Of a DNA stretch of 64,000 bases, positions 1 through 12,388 are shown in pieces. The DNA comes from Vicugna vicugna. Its lineage: Eukaryota. The stretch lies in contig MU062470.1 of assembly GCA_013265495.1 (NCBI GenBank), forward strand, positions 186,001-250,000. Direction: 5' to 3'. Below the pieces are notes generated by a model that ran no database searches, was not told the DNA's origin, and saw nothing but the letters and a program-made list of their open reading frames with translations. The translations under genes were made by a program, and so were the position numbers. The number at the start of each line of letters is the position of its first letter. The stretch's first letter is position 1.

Positions 1-2222
1 CCCGGAACCGCCAGTGACTTCTCACTGCCTGTTGAAAGGGTGTAAGTGGCAGCTCATACGCAAATAGGGTCCTCGAGGCCCTGCTTTCCCAGAGTGACTC
101 CTGACCCCCTGCCCCTGTCCCCCGCCCTGTGTCCCTTCGCCCTTGCCTCAGGCCAAGGTGTCTGAGGAGCTTTTGTCATCCCTTCTGTCCCCCATCCTGG
201 TGGAATTGTGTATTCGTCTGAACTCATCCATTTGTTTCACGCGTGCAGCATTTGTCTGTGTGTGAGTTGTCATTGCTGTGTTGCGTGTCGCAGTCCTCGG
301 CCTCGCGGGTCAGGGAGTGGGTCCTTTCTCAGCGCGTCCGGTGTTGGGCGGAGTGGGTGTGCACGATCGTGCTAATGCTGCTTGTCGTCAGGCTGGGCGC
401 CTTCTGGGGGAGGTTGCCAGGGAGAGTCCTGGGCATAACTGTTGTATGTGATCTCCGTGGAAGATGTTTTGGCAGCTTTATTCGAGTGTAACATGTGCGA
501 GGTCAGGGTCAGCCTCCCCCGGCCCAGACCGCTGCTTTCGCCTAACGCGTGTCCTCCCAGGGCAGCTGCCCGGCCCGGCAGAGCGGCGCCCGCACCCACG
601 CTGAGGGCGAGAGTGGGCTAAGCCTCGTCCTCCCACATCCGTGGTTGGCGGTGCCCCCTCGGATGGGGTGGAAGGAAGACATGTTAACGTGTAGAAAAAG
701 AGCTCAAAATAAACCTACAGTGTAACCTAAAGTTATCGAGGCCTGCTGTCTTCCTCTGTTCTTTCCAGATTATTTCTTACTTAATTTTTAAGGTCTCATG
801 AAGATAACTGAAACATTTAAAGGGAGTGTGTTCCTTAGCAGTCATTTAATAAACACAACAATTTCATAGCCTTCTTAGAGCACCATACATTTAAATACCT
901 CAGTGATGAAATCGTTTGCGTTAGCAGACTGTCGGTGAAGTCAGGAAATAAACAATTTGCATTTTTCCAGGGATTGTAACGGGTGGCAAATTCTTTGGAA
1001 TAACTTTATCACGTTTTTTATTTCAGTAAGTAAAGGCTTTGAGGAAAATTTTGGAAACTATCCTGCAATTTCCGATACCTTTCATTTTTTTGGTTATTCC
1101 ACTGGTCACCAGCAGGTGGTGACAAACGGCCTCCTCAGAAACAACAGGCAGAGAGAAGTCTGGACGTAAAGACCTTGGCGTGTCCTGAAACTTACTTTTC
1201 CCACGATGTTTGGATTTTACACATCGAAAATGCTTTTGGTTATTAATATATGTACTTTTTACAGTTTATTATCAAGGGCACATCTGCATCATTCATAGTT
1301 AGTTACCTTTTTGAAAACAATGAGTGCTGTGGAGTCGCTTTTGAGGGTCAGAGAGTAGTTTAGAATCTGTTAATGGCTACTGACCCCCTTCTCAGAAAGG
1401 TCTGTGTATGATTCCACCGTGAGCCCAAGTCCAGATGCCCCTCCAGTTTTCCTGGAACAGGTGACTGAAGATGCTGACTGGTCACCAGTTACCACTGTGG
1501 ACGGCAGAATTAAGTTTCATCCCAAACGCTTGTGGTGCCCCTCTGACGGCACAGGGTTTCTCAGGAGCTTGTGTCTGAAGACTGAAGACAAACCCACTCT
1601 GGGCCGACGGCCCCTCTCGAATCGTCGACAGTGCCTGAGGCTGGAGGACGCGGTCCTGGCGGTGGGCTCCAGCCCCTCCTCCGGTGGCCCCTCCAGTACG
1701 TTCCCGGCAGAGCTTTGAGATGCCCCTTCTCTGCACTTCAGGGAAGAGCTGCAGGGAGGCCCTTCCTCCGCCCTCGTATCGACCCTTTTAAGACTGAGTA
1801 TGTTTTCTAATCAGCCCTTCAAATACTTACTGTTTTCTGTCTAAAAATACTTTCAGGTGTTGTTATGAGAGAGCTCCAACTAGCCCACGACGCCTGGTTC
1901 ACTTAGGTTTCCCAGTGGGCTTGATTTCGCAGATTATAGAACTCAAAGTAGCACTCTAGCAGTTGCGTAATCTTAAAGCTTACAGACGTCGTAAAACCAA
2001 AAGGGTAACTTCTTGGCCAGTCATCAAAAGTAGAGTTAACATTTGTCGGGTGTTGTTACCCATTATACATTTAAGACACCATATGTTCAGTATACATTTT
2101 ATCCCTGAGTGTATTTACTGTCTTACTAGTTTGTGATTTAACTGTGTCTGCTGACTTGCTGCCTTTAGAGACTGCCTCTTCAGTTAGGCGTGAAACATTA
2201 ACTTTCCTGCCCCCGTGTACAG

Positions 2223-2405
2223 CGTAAGAGAGCGGTGGACTTGAATGTGAAAATCTTGGACCTGAGCAGCACGTTTCTCATGGGAACCAACTTTCCCAAC
2301 AAGATTGAGAAGCGGCTCTTGCCGGAACACGTTTGGCAGCACTTTGAGCCGGCCGGGGACCACGTCGTGGTGGACAGTCTGCACGCGGAGGCGCCGGATG
2401 ACTTG
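2223..2405 (+). CDS. MIPEP: MIPEP exon ~6, 183 nt, phase 0/0: [30 protein letters not shown]...AEAPDDL
   Basis: Acceptor gtgtacag|CGT, donor TTG|gtgcgt; translation matches MIPEP. Confidence 0.96.
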
Positions 2406-2934
2406 GTGCGTGTGCCCCGTACCGCATGTAGGTCAGGCCCCGTCGCTGCTGCCGTAACCCCAGATCCGGGGATGATACAGTCACACCTTCAGAATACGTT
2501 GGTGCCGCTTTACACTAAAAATTTAACTGAGGATCGTTAATTCCGTAAATGCTTTGAAGAACGAAAGCAGTTTAATTACTCTGGTCTCATAAAGGGCTCT
2601 TCCTTTCCGGGGGCTGATGAGCAGAGGGACGATCGCCAGTCCCGACTGCTCAGGGCTCCGATGCAGGTGTCTTCCCCCAGGGACGATGCTTTGCGGCACG
2701 TGCACTGGGTCGTTGTGTCCCTCCCCCGGCTCCCAGCAGAGACCCTGGTCGAGTGTGATGGTGTCTCCTGTACTAGCTGGTGAATCCAAAGGCTTCATTC
2801 ATCTTGTGGAAACTGTTATTTTATTTTTAAGCATCGCTCACCTGCAGAATGGAGTGGTGGGGGGCTGCCTCTGTTTTTACCACGTAGGACTTTGTTTTGT
2901 GGTGAGTGTGTTTCACCATTTACTCTTCAAACAG

Positions 2935-3091
2935 GTGCGAGAAGCTGCTTATAAGGTTTTTCTGTATCCCGATGCTGGTCAGCTGCAGTGTCTAGAAGAA
3001 CTGCTCAGCAACAGAGATCTTCTGGCCCAGTTAGTGGGGTATCCTACCTACGCCCACAGAGCCCTCCAGGGAACGATAGCCGGAAACCCAG
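2935..3091 (+). CDS. MIPEP: MIPEP exon ~7, 157 nt: [24 protein letters not shown]...[10 protein letters not shown]
   Basis: Acceptor ttcaaacag|GTG, donor CCAG|gtgagc. Confidence 0.97.
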
Positions 3092-3482
3092 GTGAGCCTG
3101 TTGATCCAGCTTCTGAGGACAAAATAGGGTTTTTATGGAGCTGAACTCCTGCTTTTAAGTAGCTGTGAATTCGTGTTCTCTGTTTCATGTCCTTAGAGAC
3201 TGTTGATGGAGGTTGTCTGTGTCATCATTAGACACGACTTTTAAATGGAGCTAATAATTTGGAATATGTCCTGTCCAACCAATGTATTTTGTTGGCATGT
3301 TGAGAGCAGGTCATACTTAAAGTTTCACTGATGCTAATTTAAATTATTTTTGTTTTAACCGAACTGGTCTCTGTGCTCAGTCTAACCAGATGGGTTAGGC
3401 TTAGCGTGAGGCAGGACAGACACGCTGTCTGTCTGCTCAAGTCGAGGCTGAGTGCAGGCCAGGTCACATAAAACCACGGAGC

Positions 3483-3582
3483 CCCCACCTGCACTGAGAG
3501 AGGAGGGCTGCCTGGGGAGGTTGGTGCTGGGTCCCCACCTGTGCTGAGAGAGGAGGGCTGCCTGGCGAGGTTGGTGCCGGGC
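3483..3582. repeat. Tandem duplication, 50 bp x2 (~90% identical)
   Basis: ccccacctg(ca/tg)ctgagagaggagggctgcctgg(g/c)gaggttggtgc(t/c)ggg(t/c) occurs at 3483-3532 and 3533-3582. Confidence 0.9.
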
Positions 3583-4359
3583 GGGAGCGTCTCCCCTGGG
3601 GCTTTGATGAGCTTGCCGTGTGCTCTGTGGGGTTCTTTACAGTTTATGATGTGAGAGAAAATGGCATAACTGTGTGCAATACGTTGATTACATTTCAGTT
3701 AGTTTAGACACTGGGTCCGGGGTCGGGTGGTCGTGATGGTGGAGCTGTTGAGAGTCCAGGTGTATTCTAGGGGTTCGATTCACATGACTTTGTGATGGGT
3801 TGAGAGGAAGGAGGACCTGGCAGGGGCCACCCTGGATTCTGGTCGTGCATCTGGAGGGGCCGTAGCATCGTGAGAGGGGGTTTGTGAGCGAGAGGGAGCT
3901 CTGCAGGGGAGGGTCACTTCCGTGGGCCTGTCCCGTGTGTGTCCTTCCCGCAGTTATCCCTTCTTCCTCTGCTATATGTTCATAGCTTCTCCGAGGTTTC
4001 CTTGGGTCCACCCTGCCTTGTCTCTCTTTTGTGGGCAGCCCTGTCCCTTGGCCTGGTGGGGCCCACTGGGCAGCCCTGGGCGTGTCCCACTCATTCTGTG
4101 GCCCCTCCTGTTCCCTGCATGTCTGCCTGTGACGGTCCTGTCCAGTGTTCTAGTGCTCAGCTCAAAACCTGCCTGTTAAACGTTTTCACATCCCTTAGAC
4201 CCCCTGTCCCTGAACCCTTAGGATGCTTACAGTTTGTTTTGGGTGGTTTATCTCCTGAACAGTTGTAACGTCACCTGAGTGCTTTTCCATAGTCACTCTT
4301 GTCACCCCAGTGTTACGATCAAGTGGCATTATTTTACACAAGTAATGACGGTGTGACGC

Positions 4360-4500
4360 CAGCTCTGGGCCGTTGTTTCATTTAATTCCTCTGCGGCCGT
4401 GTGAGGTAGACAGTAGTACCCATTTCACAGATGGGGAACCCACGGTGAGGTTAAACTGCTAAGACTTGGCTGAGCTGAAGCCCAAACCCCAGCTCTATAT
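4360..4500 (-). mobile_element. MIR SINE remnant
   Basis: cccatttcacagatggggaacc resembles the MIR core cattttacagatgaggaaactgagg. Confidence 0.55.
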
Positions 4501-5726
4501 CCGTGGTCTACGACAGGCCACCAGAGACCACAGCCCTGTCTTTTCTGTCACCCACCTTGTCCACGTCCGTCCACTGAGTCGGCGGAAACGGTCCACATGC
4601 CAGGTGTTACCAGGGCTGGGGGCAAATCCCTGCACGACGGGCCGGGATCCCTGCTCGTGTGTGGCGTGTACTCCTGTGAGGGAGACAGACAAGAACCAAA
4701 AGCAGGTAAAGCGTGTGTGTGTCCGTGGTCAGCACAGGTTGCGGGGAAGAGGACTGGGTGGGGCAGAAGCGGTAGGGAGGCGACCTGCCATCTAACAGGA
4801 TGCCCAGGGCGGTTGCCCGGGTCGCAGGCCCAGGCCTGGTGGCTGCTGTCAGAGGCGGGAAACCCCCAGCTTCGCTCCTGGTTTAGGTCAGCCTCCCTTT
4901 TGCCCCAGCGTTTTATTTTACTCAAAAAGAGATAATTTGAAGAGAGCAAGAAACTTAAAACCATTTAGAAGATCGTCTGGAAAATAGAAGAAGTGTTTGT
5001 GGCTCCCTCTGAAATACCTATGAAAGCTCTATCCGCGTAAATCAGTGGCAAAAGGTGCTAAATTCAAAAATACACGTGAAAAATGTCCTCTCACGGGAAA
5101 TGATGGTGATTCCACTACATGGCCTTTATGGGTTTGTACAGTGTAATGACTTACGGCTGGAGTATTTTAAGTAGTAAAAAGGTTATAACAGCTTAAATTT
5201 TTAATGTTCTAATTTTGCTGTATTTTCTTTAGATAATTGGTCCTGAATAGATCATTCTGGTGTTGGGTGTAAAAATAAAAATAGTTGCTCCCCCAAAACA
5301 TCGATTTTTAAAATCTGGTCCTTAAAACTGTGCTGATTTTTATGAACACATCAGTGTCTTGCTGTCACTTGAAAACTCGCAAGAATTTAGACACATCTAA
5401 GAAACGTTTTTTTTCCCTTTCGTGTATGAATACATAGAAACAGATGGAAACTTTGCATTCTTTTCTCTCGCTCCCCATTAACTCTTTATTTGGGGATACA
5501 GCATAAGACTTCGGATTATCACCAGGTCAGTTTAACTTGTTTTCCTCATGAAGAGCTGGCACCGTCTGGAAGTGCCTAGTGGACGCCAGCAGCCCCGCTT
5601 CCTCCGAAGTTCCCCGCCTTGAGGGTGCGCAGTGCGTGGATTCTGTGAGCAGCACAGTAATTTTAACAGGTATGTTCGTTTTATTTTACGTAATTAAAGG
5701 TGTTTTCTTTTGGATTTTCGTTTTAG

Positions 5727-5775
5727 AGACCGTCATGCAGTTCCTCGAGAAACTATCTGACAAACTTTCTGAAAG
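5727..5775 (+). CDS. MIPEP: MIPEP exon ~8, 49 nt: ETVMQFLEKLSDKLSER
   Basis: Acceptor cgttttag|AGACC, donor GAAAG|gttagt. Confidence 0.96.
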
Positions 5776-6717
5776 GTTAGTTTTTACTCCACTCCTCAGC
5801 GTGTGTGTGATTTAGGTTTTGTTTTTAAAGACTTGATTTATTAAAAAATGAGGACGTGGCCTCTTAAGAATATAAGCGTTGGAATATTGAGTTGGATCTG
5901 TGGGCTCAGCCAGCAGGAGTTTAAGTTAACTGTGAGATGTACTTTGAAAGCACAAAGGTGCCTTAAGGTGACGACCTTGGACAGCTAGGCCGTCCCCTCT
6001 GGTTAACCAGGCCGTTGTTTCAGGAGTGCATCATTGATGTGTAGTTTTTAAAAATGCCCAGGCCCTTCTGAGACTATATGTTTTGGCTTGTACAGTCCAT
6101 TCTGTAGCAAGCTCACAGGGTAGCCTTTCTCTTCTTTTGGTCTAAGTACGGCGGCTCATGGGCGTGTCAACAGACCTGTGTTTCCGTTTTGTGCGTTTCA
6201 AGAGGGCTCGGCCTCAGCGTTGCAGACCAGGCTGGCATGCTCTCCTGTCCTCGGTGGGACCCGCCCGCCTGCTCCCGCTGCGCTGGCCCTCTGGTGGCGG
6301 CCCTCGTCCTCCGTGGCGTCTTGTAGGGTGCGGCTGAGGCCTGTCCCCAGGAGCCTTCGGACGCTGGGGGCTCCAGGAGGAGGGGCGTCACGGTTCGTAG
6401 GAGACGGCTGATGCCCTTTCTCCCAAAGCCGTCTCACTCAGCTGCTGTTTGCACCAACAAAGTCAATTTTAGCCCAAATTTCCATTTTCTATTGTAAACA
6501 TGTGCCTTAGAACCCAGTCCTCTCCAGTTTGGGCTATATCTGTCAATTCTAAAATGGTCTTCTAATCCAGTGAACTGTTGTGGCTTTGATACAATGAAGT
6601 AGTGTTACCTACACAGTTATTTGAGAATTTATTCTGCTTTGGTTTGCTGGCTAAGTGTTACTGTTTTTCACTTGTATGTAGCTGTAGATTATATTTTGGG
6701 CAAATATAGCTCCATAG

Positions 6718-6908
6718 TTTTTATTAAAAAATTTTACTTGAAGTACAGCTGGTTTACAAGTCGTGTTAATTCAGGTGCACAGCATCGTGACTCAGTTGCA
6801 CATGTATGTGTGTATGCTCCTTTTCATGTTCTTTTCCATTGTAGGCCATTACAAGGTATTGAATATAGTTCCCTGCGCTGTACAGTAGCCCCTGGCTATT
6901 TATATATC
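6718..6908 (-). mobile_element. L1 3' end fragment (cetartiodactyl type)
   Basis: ttgaagtacagctggtttacaa...attacaaggtattgaatatagttccctgcgctgtacagtag; same terminus as copies at 45.3 kb and 60.7 kb. Confidence 0.75.
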
Positions 6909-7436
6909 TTCATAATTTCACAGTGGTTTATAGCAGTTAATTCTAACAGAAACTTCATATTCTGCAAATATTGAGCGCATGTTTGATTGTTGCTCTGCTA
7001 GTCGGGCAGTGCAGCTGGTAGGGGAGGGATTATGGATGGCGACCTGAAGTATAATCCACGTTAATATTCTTCTATAGAAAGTAACTTGTTAGCCTTTTAC
7101 TTTTTTAAGGTGTTGCAAAAAGCAGTGATTGAAAGTTTGCTGATGAGACCTTGCGTGTTTCTGTAACAGTGCTCACTTTTCCAGGCTTTAGTGCTTTGAA
7201 GGCACATACCTGCCAGGGAGCTTTTTAAGGTGGAAACTGAAGTAATTCACTGACGTGCATGTCACCGTCTTGTCCAACACACGTGAAATCAGGATTCACA
7301 CTGGTTCACGACATCCACATGACAAATTTCTTCCAATCTTACCATGAATGTTGAATGTAACATAAGCAAACTAGTTCTTCTGTAATGGAAGGATGAAAGT
7401 TTTGTCCTAACCATCCACAATGAACCTGTCTTACAG

Positions 7437-7497
7437 AACTACAAAAGAGTTTGAGATGATGCGAGGGATGAAAATGAAACTAAATCCTCAGAATTCC
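7437..7497 (+). CDS. MIPEP: MIPEP exon ~9, 61 nt: TTKEFEMMRGMKMKLNPQNS
   Basis: Acceptor gtcttacag|AACT, donor TCC|gtaagt; restores phase 0. Confidence 0.95.
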
Positions 7498-9634
7498 GTA
7501 AGTGACCTTGTTGGAATGTTTTCATTGTAACAGAAGCAGCCTGTCAGCTGAGGTCTGTCTGGCGACCCTAGAACTGACTTGCTGAAGGTGCGTTCAGCCT
7601 TGTTCCGGGTCCTTGAATTTGGGGAACACAGTACGGAAGTGCTTGATCACATGTCTGGGCCTGACGTTCCAGGAAGACCGGGGTTCCTGTTGGTCAGCCG
7701 ACATGACACACCGCCCCGGCACGAGGCGTGTGGGGGTCTGCGTGTGCGGGGCTGCCTCTGTCCCGCGGCAGCCGGCGTCTCTGGAGCAGCTGTCGGGGCT
7801 CCGTGCAGGGTGCCGGCCGGTGGCGGCCCCGCGTCACTGCTGCCCTTGCTCAGCTACGTAGATCAGAGTGTGCCCCTCCCCCCGGAAGCCCTGGAGTGTG
7901 GTTTTTTGTCTTCAGGTCAAATGATGACATGATCTTACAGTCAGACCACGTGTCCCTGTGGCCAGAGGGCGCCCTGAAGAGGGACGGGATCCCAGGTGTT
8001 AGGACCCTGGTCCTTATTTGGCTCGAGGTGCTTGGGGTCACTGGGTCCTGCGCCGTCCTTCTGGGGTGGGCCTGGGGGGATTCTTGGGTGGGAGCTTCCT
8101 GTCACGGCCAGCCTTAGAGACTTAGCAACTGCTCGGTAGCCTCCCAGGTACAACCACCCCGAGGCAGATTCGTGCTGCCAGATTCACCAGTTGCTACAGT
8201 AGCGTGTCGGTTGTTGCTTTGCAGTGGGAGCTGCGTCTAGCACAGGAGCCAGGCTCGGTCCTCTGCACGCTTCAGCCGGGTAGGTGGGTCCACTTAGAAA
8301 CTGGATCATAGAGCAGAATTGAGTTTGGTGAGGGTGGAAGCAGGAAAAGTGTGTTGCCAGAAGCTAATTCGTCAGAAGCTGATATGACCGGAAGCTGTCC
8401 TCCCCCGACACTTGTGTTTGGGCACTGATTGTGGCTGTTCTGCAGATGTTAGGGGTGCCCAGTCTTCTCATGAAGCCCTGTTTTGGTGAAGGGGCCGCCG
8501 TTCACCCTGCTGTCCTAGCCAGACCTGGGACCAGCAGTTCGCAAGTGTGTCCCCCGGGCAGGAGAGCAGCAGCGCCTGGGACTTGTCAGGAGGGTGAACG
8601 TGCGAGCCCCACGCGGGCCCCCCTGTGTCATGAGCCCCACCGACTGTGCTTCAAGGAGTCCTGCGGGTGTTTCACTCCCGGCCTGCTCTGCCCCCTCACC
8701 ATAGCTCTGGGTTGGGTCTTTGTCCCTTCTCGCCTGGATGTGGCTGCACCTGGTGAACTGGCCTCCTGGCCCGTGGTTGTGGCCATGGATTCAGGCACCA
8801 CGGCTGCGTGCCCAGCCCCGTGTTAGACGTGGACCAGGCCCCCAGCACACAGGGCTTGTCCTGAAGCGCAGATCTGATCTTACTCTCTGTGGAATTTTCA
8901 CACGCTCCCTGTAATTCTCACAGCACCTTTGAGTCTTAGCTTTCCCACCCGCACGTCCTCCTCCAGCCTCATCCTCTGCCGCCCGGGAGCAGGTGGGTGT
9001 CTTCCCTGCCGACGCGGCGTGGTGCTCGTGTGCTCTCGTCGCTTGCCTTGTGCTTTGCTTTCCCTGCTTTTGTTTTTAACTGTACCGGCTACTTCTGGGC
9101 CAGCAGGCGCTGTGCACCTGGGCCATGGGCTCCCGGTCTTCCAGCCTCAGCACCGGCTTTGTCTCCTGCAGGCACTTCCTGCTCTCCCCCCAAGATGTAA
9201 GCCTTCTTTTGGGCTCTGTCACAAGGCAGAGTGTCCTAGATGTGACGCATGGCTCTCCAGTCGACTGTACCCTCGTCAGCTCCTGGGGCTGGGTCATGTC
9301 CTGTCCCTGCTTCATCAGAGCCCACACCGTGTCGGGCCGTAGCAGAGAGTAGGCGGTCACGTGTGTGCCGGGAAGTGAGCATGCAGGGGTGTGGTCCGGG
9401 GGCTGGGCCTGCTCTCCGGGCGCTCAGGGGGAGAAAGTAAACCTCCACATCTCCCGTGGGTCACGTTCTGTGAGGAAAGCATGGTCCCAGCGTGCGAGGA
9501 AGAGCGCCTTGTCACTGGAGGGGATAATGCTTCAGCTGAGATTTTCAAGGGCAGCGACAATAAGCTGTTCTCAGCGCCGGGCGTTCTGTTCGGCAGTGCA
9601 GATGCGTTAGGCAGCCCTGTCTGGGAGATGCTTT

Positions 9635-10030
9635 TGATTCATTCGCCAAGTAAGTCTTGAGGGTGGTCTGTGTACTGGGCAGATTCCTGGGTGCCTGGAA
9701 GTAGTAGGAAAAATGCCAACAAACCCCTGCCCTCATGAAGCTTACGTTCTAGGGGAAGAAAACAGATCGTAAACACGGGAGGAAAATCACTGTGTGCGGG
9801 TCCTGTGAGGGTGGGGCTGTGGGTGAGACGCTGCAGGGAGAAGTGGACAAAGGCTGCTGTTTTCTGTGGCCTGGGCAGTGAAGACCTCTCCAGGAAGGTG
9901 GCCCTTGAGCAGACGTGGAAAAAGGAGGGAGCTCGCCAGGCAACGGCTCGGGAAGAGCCCTCGAGGCAGGGAGAAGGGCCTGGGTGTGATGGAGGAGTGG
10001 GCCGGGGGCTCCCGGGTGGCAGTGGGGAGG
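9635..10030 (-). mobile_element. L2 LINE remnant
   Basis: attcattc...ccctgccctcatgaagcttacgttctagggga and gaagacctctccaggaaggtggcccttgagc are typical L2 3' segments. Confidence 0.6.
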
Positions 10031-10704
10031 AGGGAAACGGGGAAGCGTTGGAGCCGAAACAGCATGTCCCCATCATACAGCTGAGGGACTGGAAGCCTGG
10101 TCCCAGGCTGTCTGCCTCACCTGCACTCTGTCACCTGGACAGCCTGCAGGGGGTGAGCCCTGCAGGTGTTCAGGCATCTTCCCTGTCACTGTCTGTCCCA
10201 GGTGTCGAAAATGAGTGTTACGAGACTTTATGACATATTTTCTTTGCCAAGATTAGAGTTAATTCTGCCTTCGTTACATGCTAAATTGTTGCTTGTACTT
10301 GGGGATCCACCTTAAGCTTCCTGCTTAGATTTAGAAAGAGCCCTAATCTTCCCTTGGTTCCCTGACCTTCCCTGCAGCACGTCTGACGGGCTGATGCGTG
10401 GCTTGCGTTTTGGGAGAAACTTCAGCATGGCCGATGTGGTCTGTTAGCGCGGACTTGCACTGGCTTACATTCAGGCTGGCGCTTGCCCACCTTCCCCAGG
10501 TTCTGTGACTGCCTTGTTGATACTTCTCCACTCACTGATCACAGGGAAGTCGGAAGAAAGGCACCTGTTTCCTGCCACGTCCTGAGTTTTTATAGAACTT
10601 TTCTGATACAGTAACAGGTCGCGCTTTTTGTAAGCCGGCTGGATGACTGAGAAGACCTGTAAACTAGGCGGCAGCTTTCCTAACGCTGACTCTCTCCGTT
10701 GCAG

Positions 10705-10757
10705 GAGTTAATGCCGTGGGACCCCCCCTACTACAGTGGTGTGATCCGCGCAGAGAG
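10705..10757 (+). CDS. MIPEP: MIPEP exon ~10, 53 nt: ELMPWDPPYYSGVIRAER
   Basis: Acceptor ccgttgcag|GAG, donor GAGAG|gtacgt. Confidence 0.96.
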
Positions 10758-11711
10758 GTACGTTTCTGAGAGCTGCTCGCCTGTGAGGAGGAGGAAACGA
10801 GTGTGTCTTGAGCACCTCTCTCCTCATTCGGGCGCCCACGTCACAAGCCCGTGTCCCCTGCTCAGGCCCTGTGCGGGCGTGGCCGGCACCTGCCCGCAGG
10901 TCACTTGGTCCGGGCAGGAGGCTGTGCTCACGGGCCGGGTCAGCCTTGTTCTGGGGGTCCTGTCCTTTTGTGGTTTGGGCTCATGTCTCCCTGAGATCTT
11001 GGACCCCGCCCCTTCCTGTGTGTGGCGTCCAGGTCCTCCTCATCTGAGCATGTGGGGCTGGGACTTGGCTGGAACCGGTGGTGACCAGTTTCTGGCCCGA
11101 GGGGCTGGGGGGCTCTCAGCGCACGTTTGCCGAACCACTGCAGGAGCCGAGGCGGACTCGGCGTGGCGCACGTCGCTGGTGCTTCTGGAAGGAGACTCGT
11201 GAGATGAGGGTCCAGAGGACTTGGTTTCGCAGTCCCCCTCCGGCTTTTGTCTGGCTCGTCAGGTTGTGCAGGCGAGGAGCTGCGCTGCTCTCCCTGCGTT
11301 CACCCTGTTTCTGTCCTTTCCGCATTTGTGTGTGAGCCCACAGAACGTGCAGGCCTGTTCAGAGTGGCACGTTTAAAACTGTTTATGTCCCGGACAACTT
11401 TATGTGCGCAACTGGACTGTTTTAAAATCTCAGAATCTTTCCCTTGACTAACTCAGCACCACTGTCTCCTGACGGTTCATGTTTTAGCTGTGCAGGGTGA
11501 GAAGGGCAGGATTAACTCAGGTAAAGGAGGAAGAAAGCTCTGTGCTGCTTTCTTTACTGAAGCACGTTGGCGCGCGTCACGATGAAGCGTTTCCTCGATT
11601 GGTGTTAAACTGCGAAGTGCTTTTGTTCTGTGCCTTCTACCCGGGCATCAGGTAGGTGGTGGGAGGCACCTCACTAAAATTAGATTTCATTTGTTTTAAT
11701 GGTTTCTTTGG

Positions 11712-11916
11712 GTTTTTTGTTTGTGTGTTTGTTTTTGTTTTGGGGAAGAAGTGGTTAGGTTTATTTATTTATTCAATTTTTAGTTGTCACCACAAAATTT
11801 CCAGTAGGGCGTCATTGTCCCCATATTTATTTATTTATTTTAACAGAGGTGCTGGGGACAGACCTGGACCTCGGGCGGGCTGGGCGCGTGCTTTGCCCCT
11901 GCGCTCCCCTCCCTCC
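11712..11916 (-). mobile_element. tRNA-derived SINE (camelid vic-1-like), strongly GC-shifted, with ~50 bp insert in its (TTTA)n linker
   Basis: Reverse complement ggaggg...gaggtccaggtctgtccccagcacctctgttaaaataaataaat aligns with the SINE copies at 24.5 kb and 30.3 kb. Confidence 0.75.
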
Positions 11917-12271
11917 GTGCTGGCGGCCTCAGTACTAAGTTAGCAGGAGGGCATGGAGCTGGCTGACTGTAGCCCTTCTAGAGAGCGGCCCCTCCAGGCG
12001 CTGCTTTGGAAGTGCCGTCTCAGGGCTTTGAAGGAGGTTCAGTGCTGCCTGGGAAGACACTCATCTGAAGGGCAGTGACTGTATTGCATCCGTAGCAGAG
12101 TGCTCTCAGAGAGCTTTGGGCGAGGAGACAGTGCTGGGCTGGGGCCCTGTCTGTGCTTCCCCGCGGCGTGGCCATGTCCAGGCCAGGGGGACCTGCACGT
12201 GGCTGGTAGGCCAGCTCGCATGCGGTGCCTTTGGCCTCCAGGTCACGGGATCACTCCTGCCTTGAGATGAA

Positions 12272-12388
12272 GCGTGAGGTCCTGGGTTCAATCCCTAGTG
12301 TACCTCCACTGAAATAAATAATAGATGAACCTAAGTACCTCTCCCCTGCCTGCACACACGTGCGCGCACACCCACCCACACACCAAAA
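12272..12388 (+). mobile_element. 5'-truncated camelid-type tRNA-SINE with CA-rich tail
   Basis: gaggtcctgggttcaatccctagtgtacctccactgaaataaataatagatgaacctaagtacctctcccc; B box GGTTCAATCC. Confidence 0.8.
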
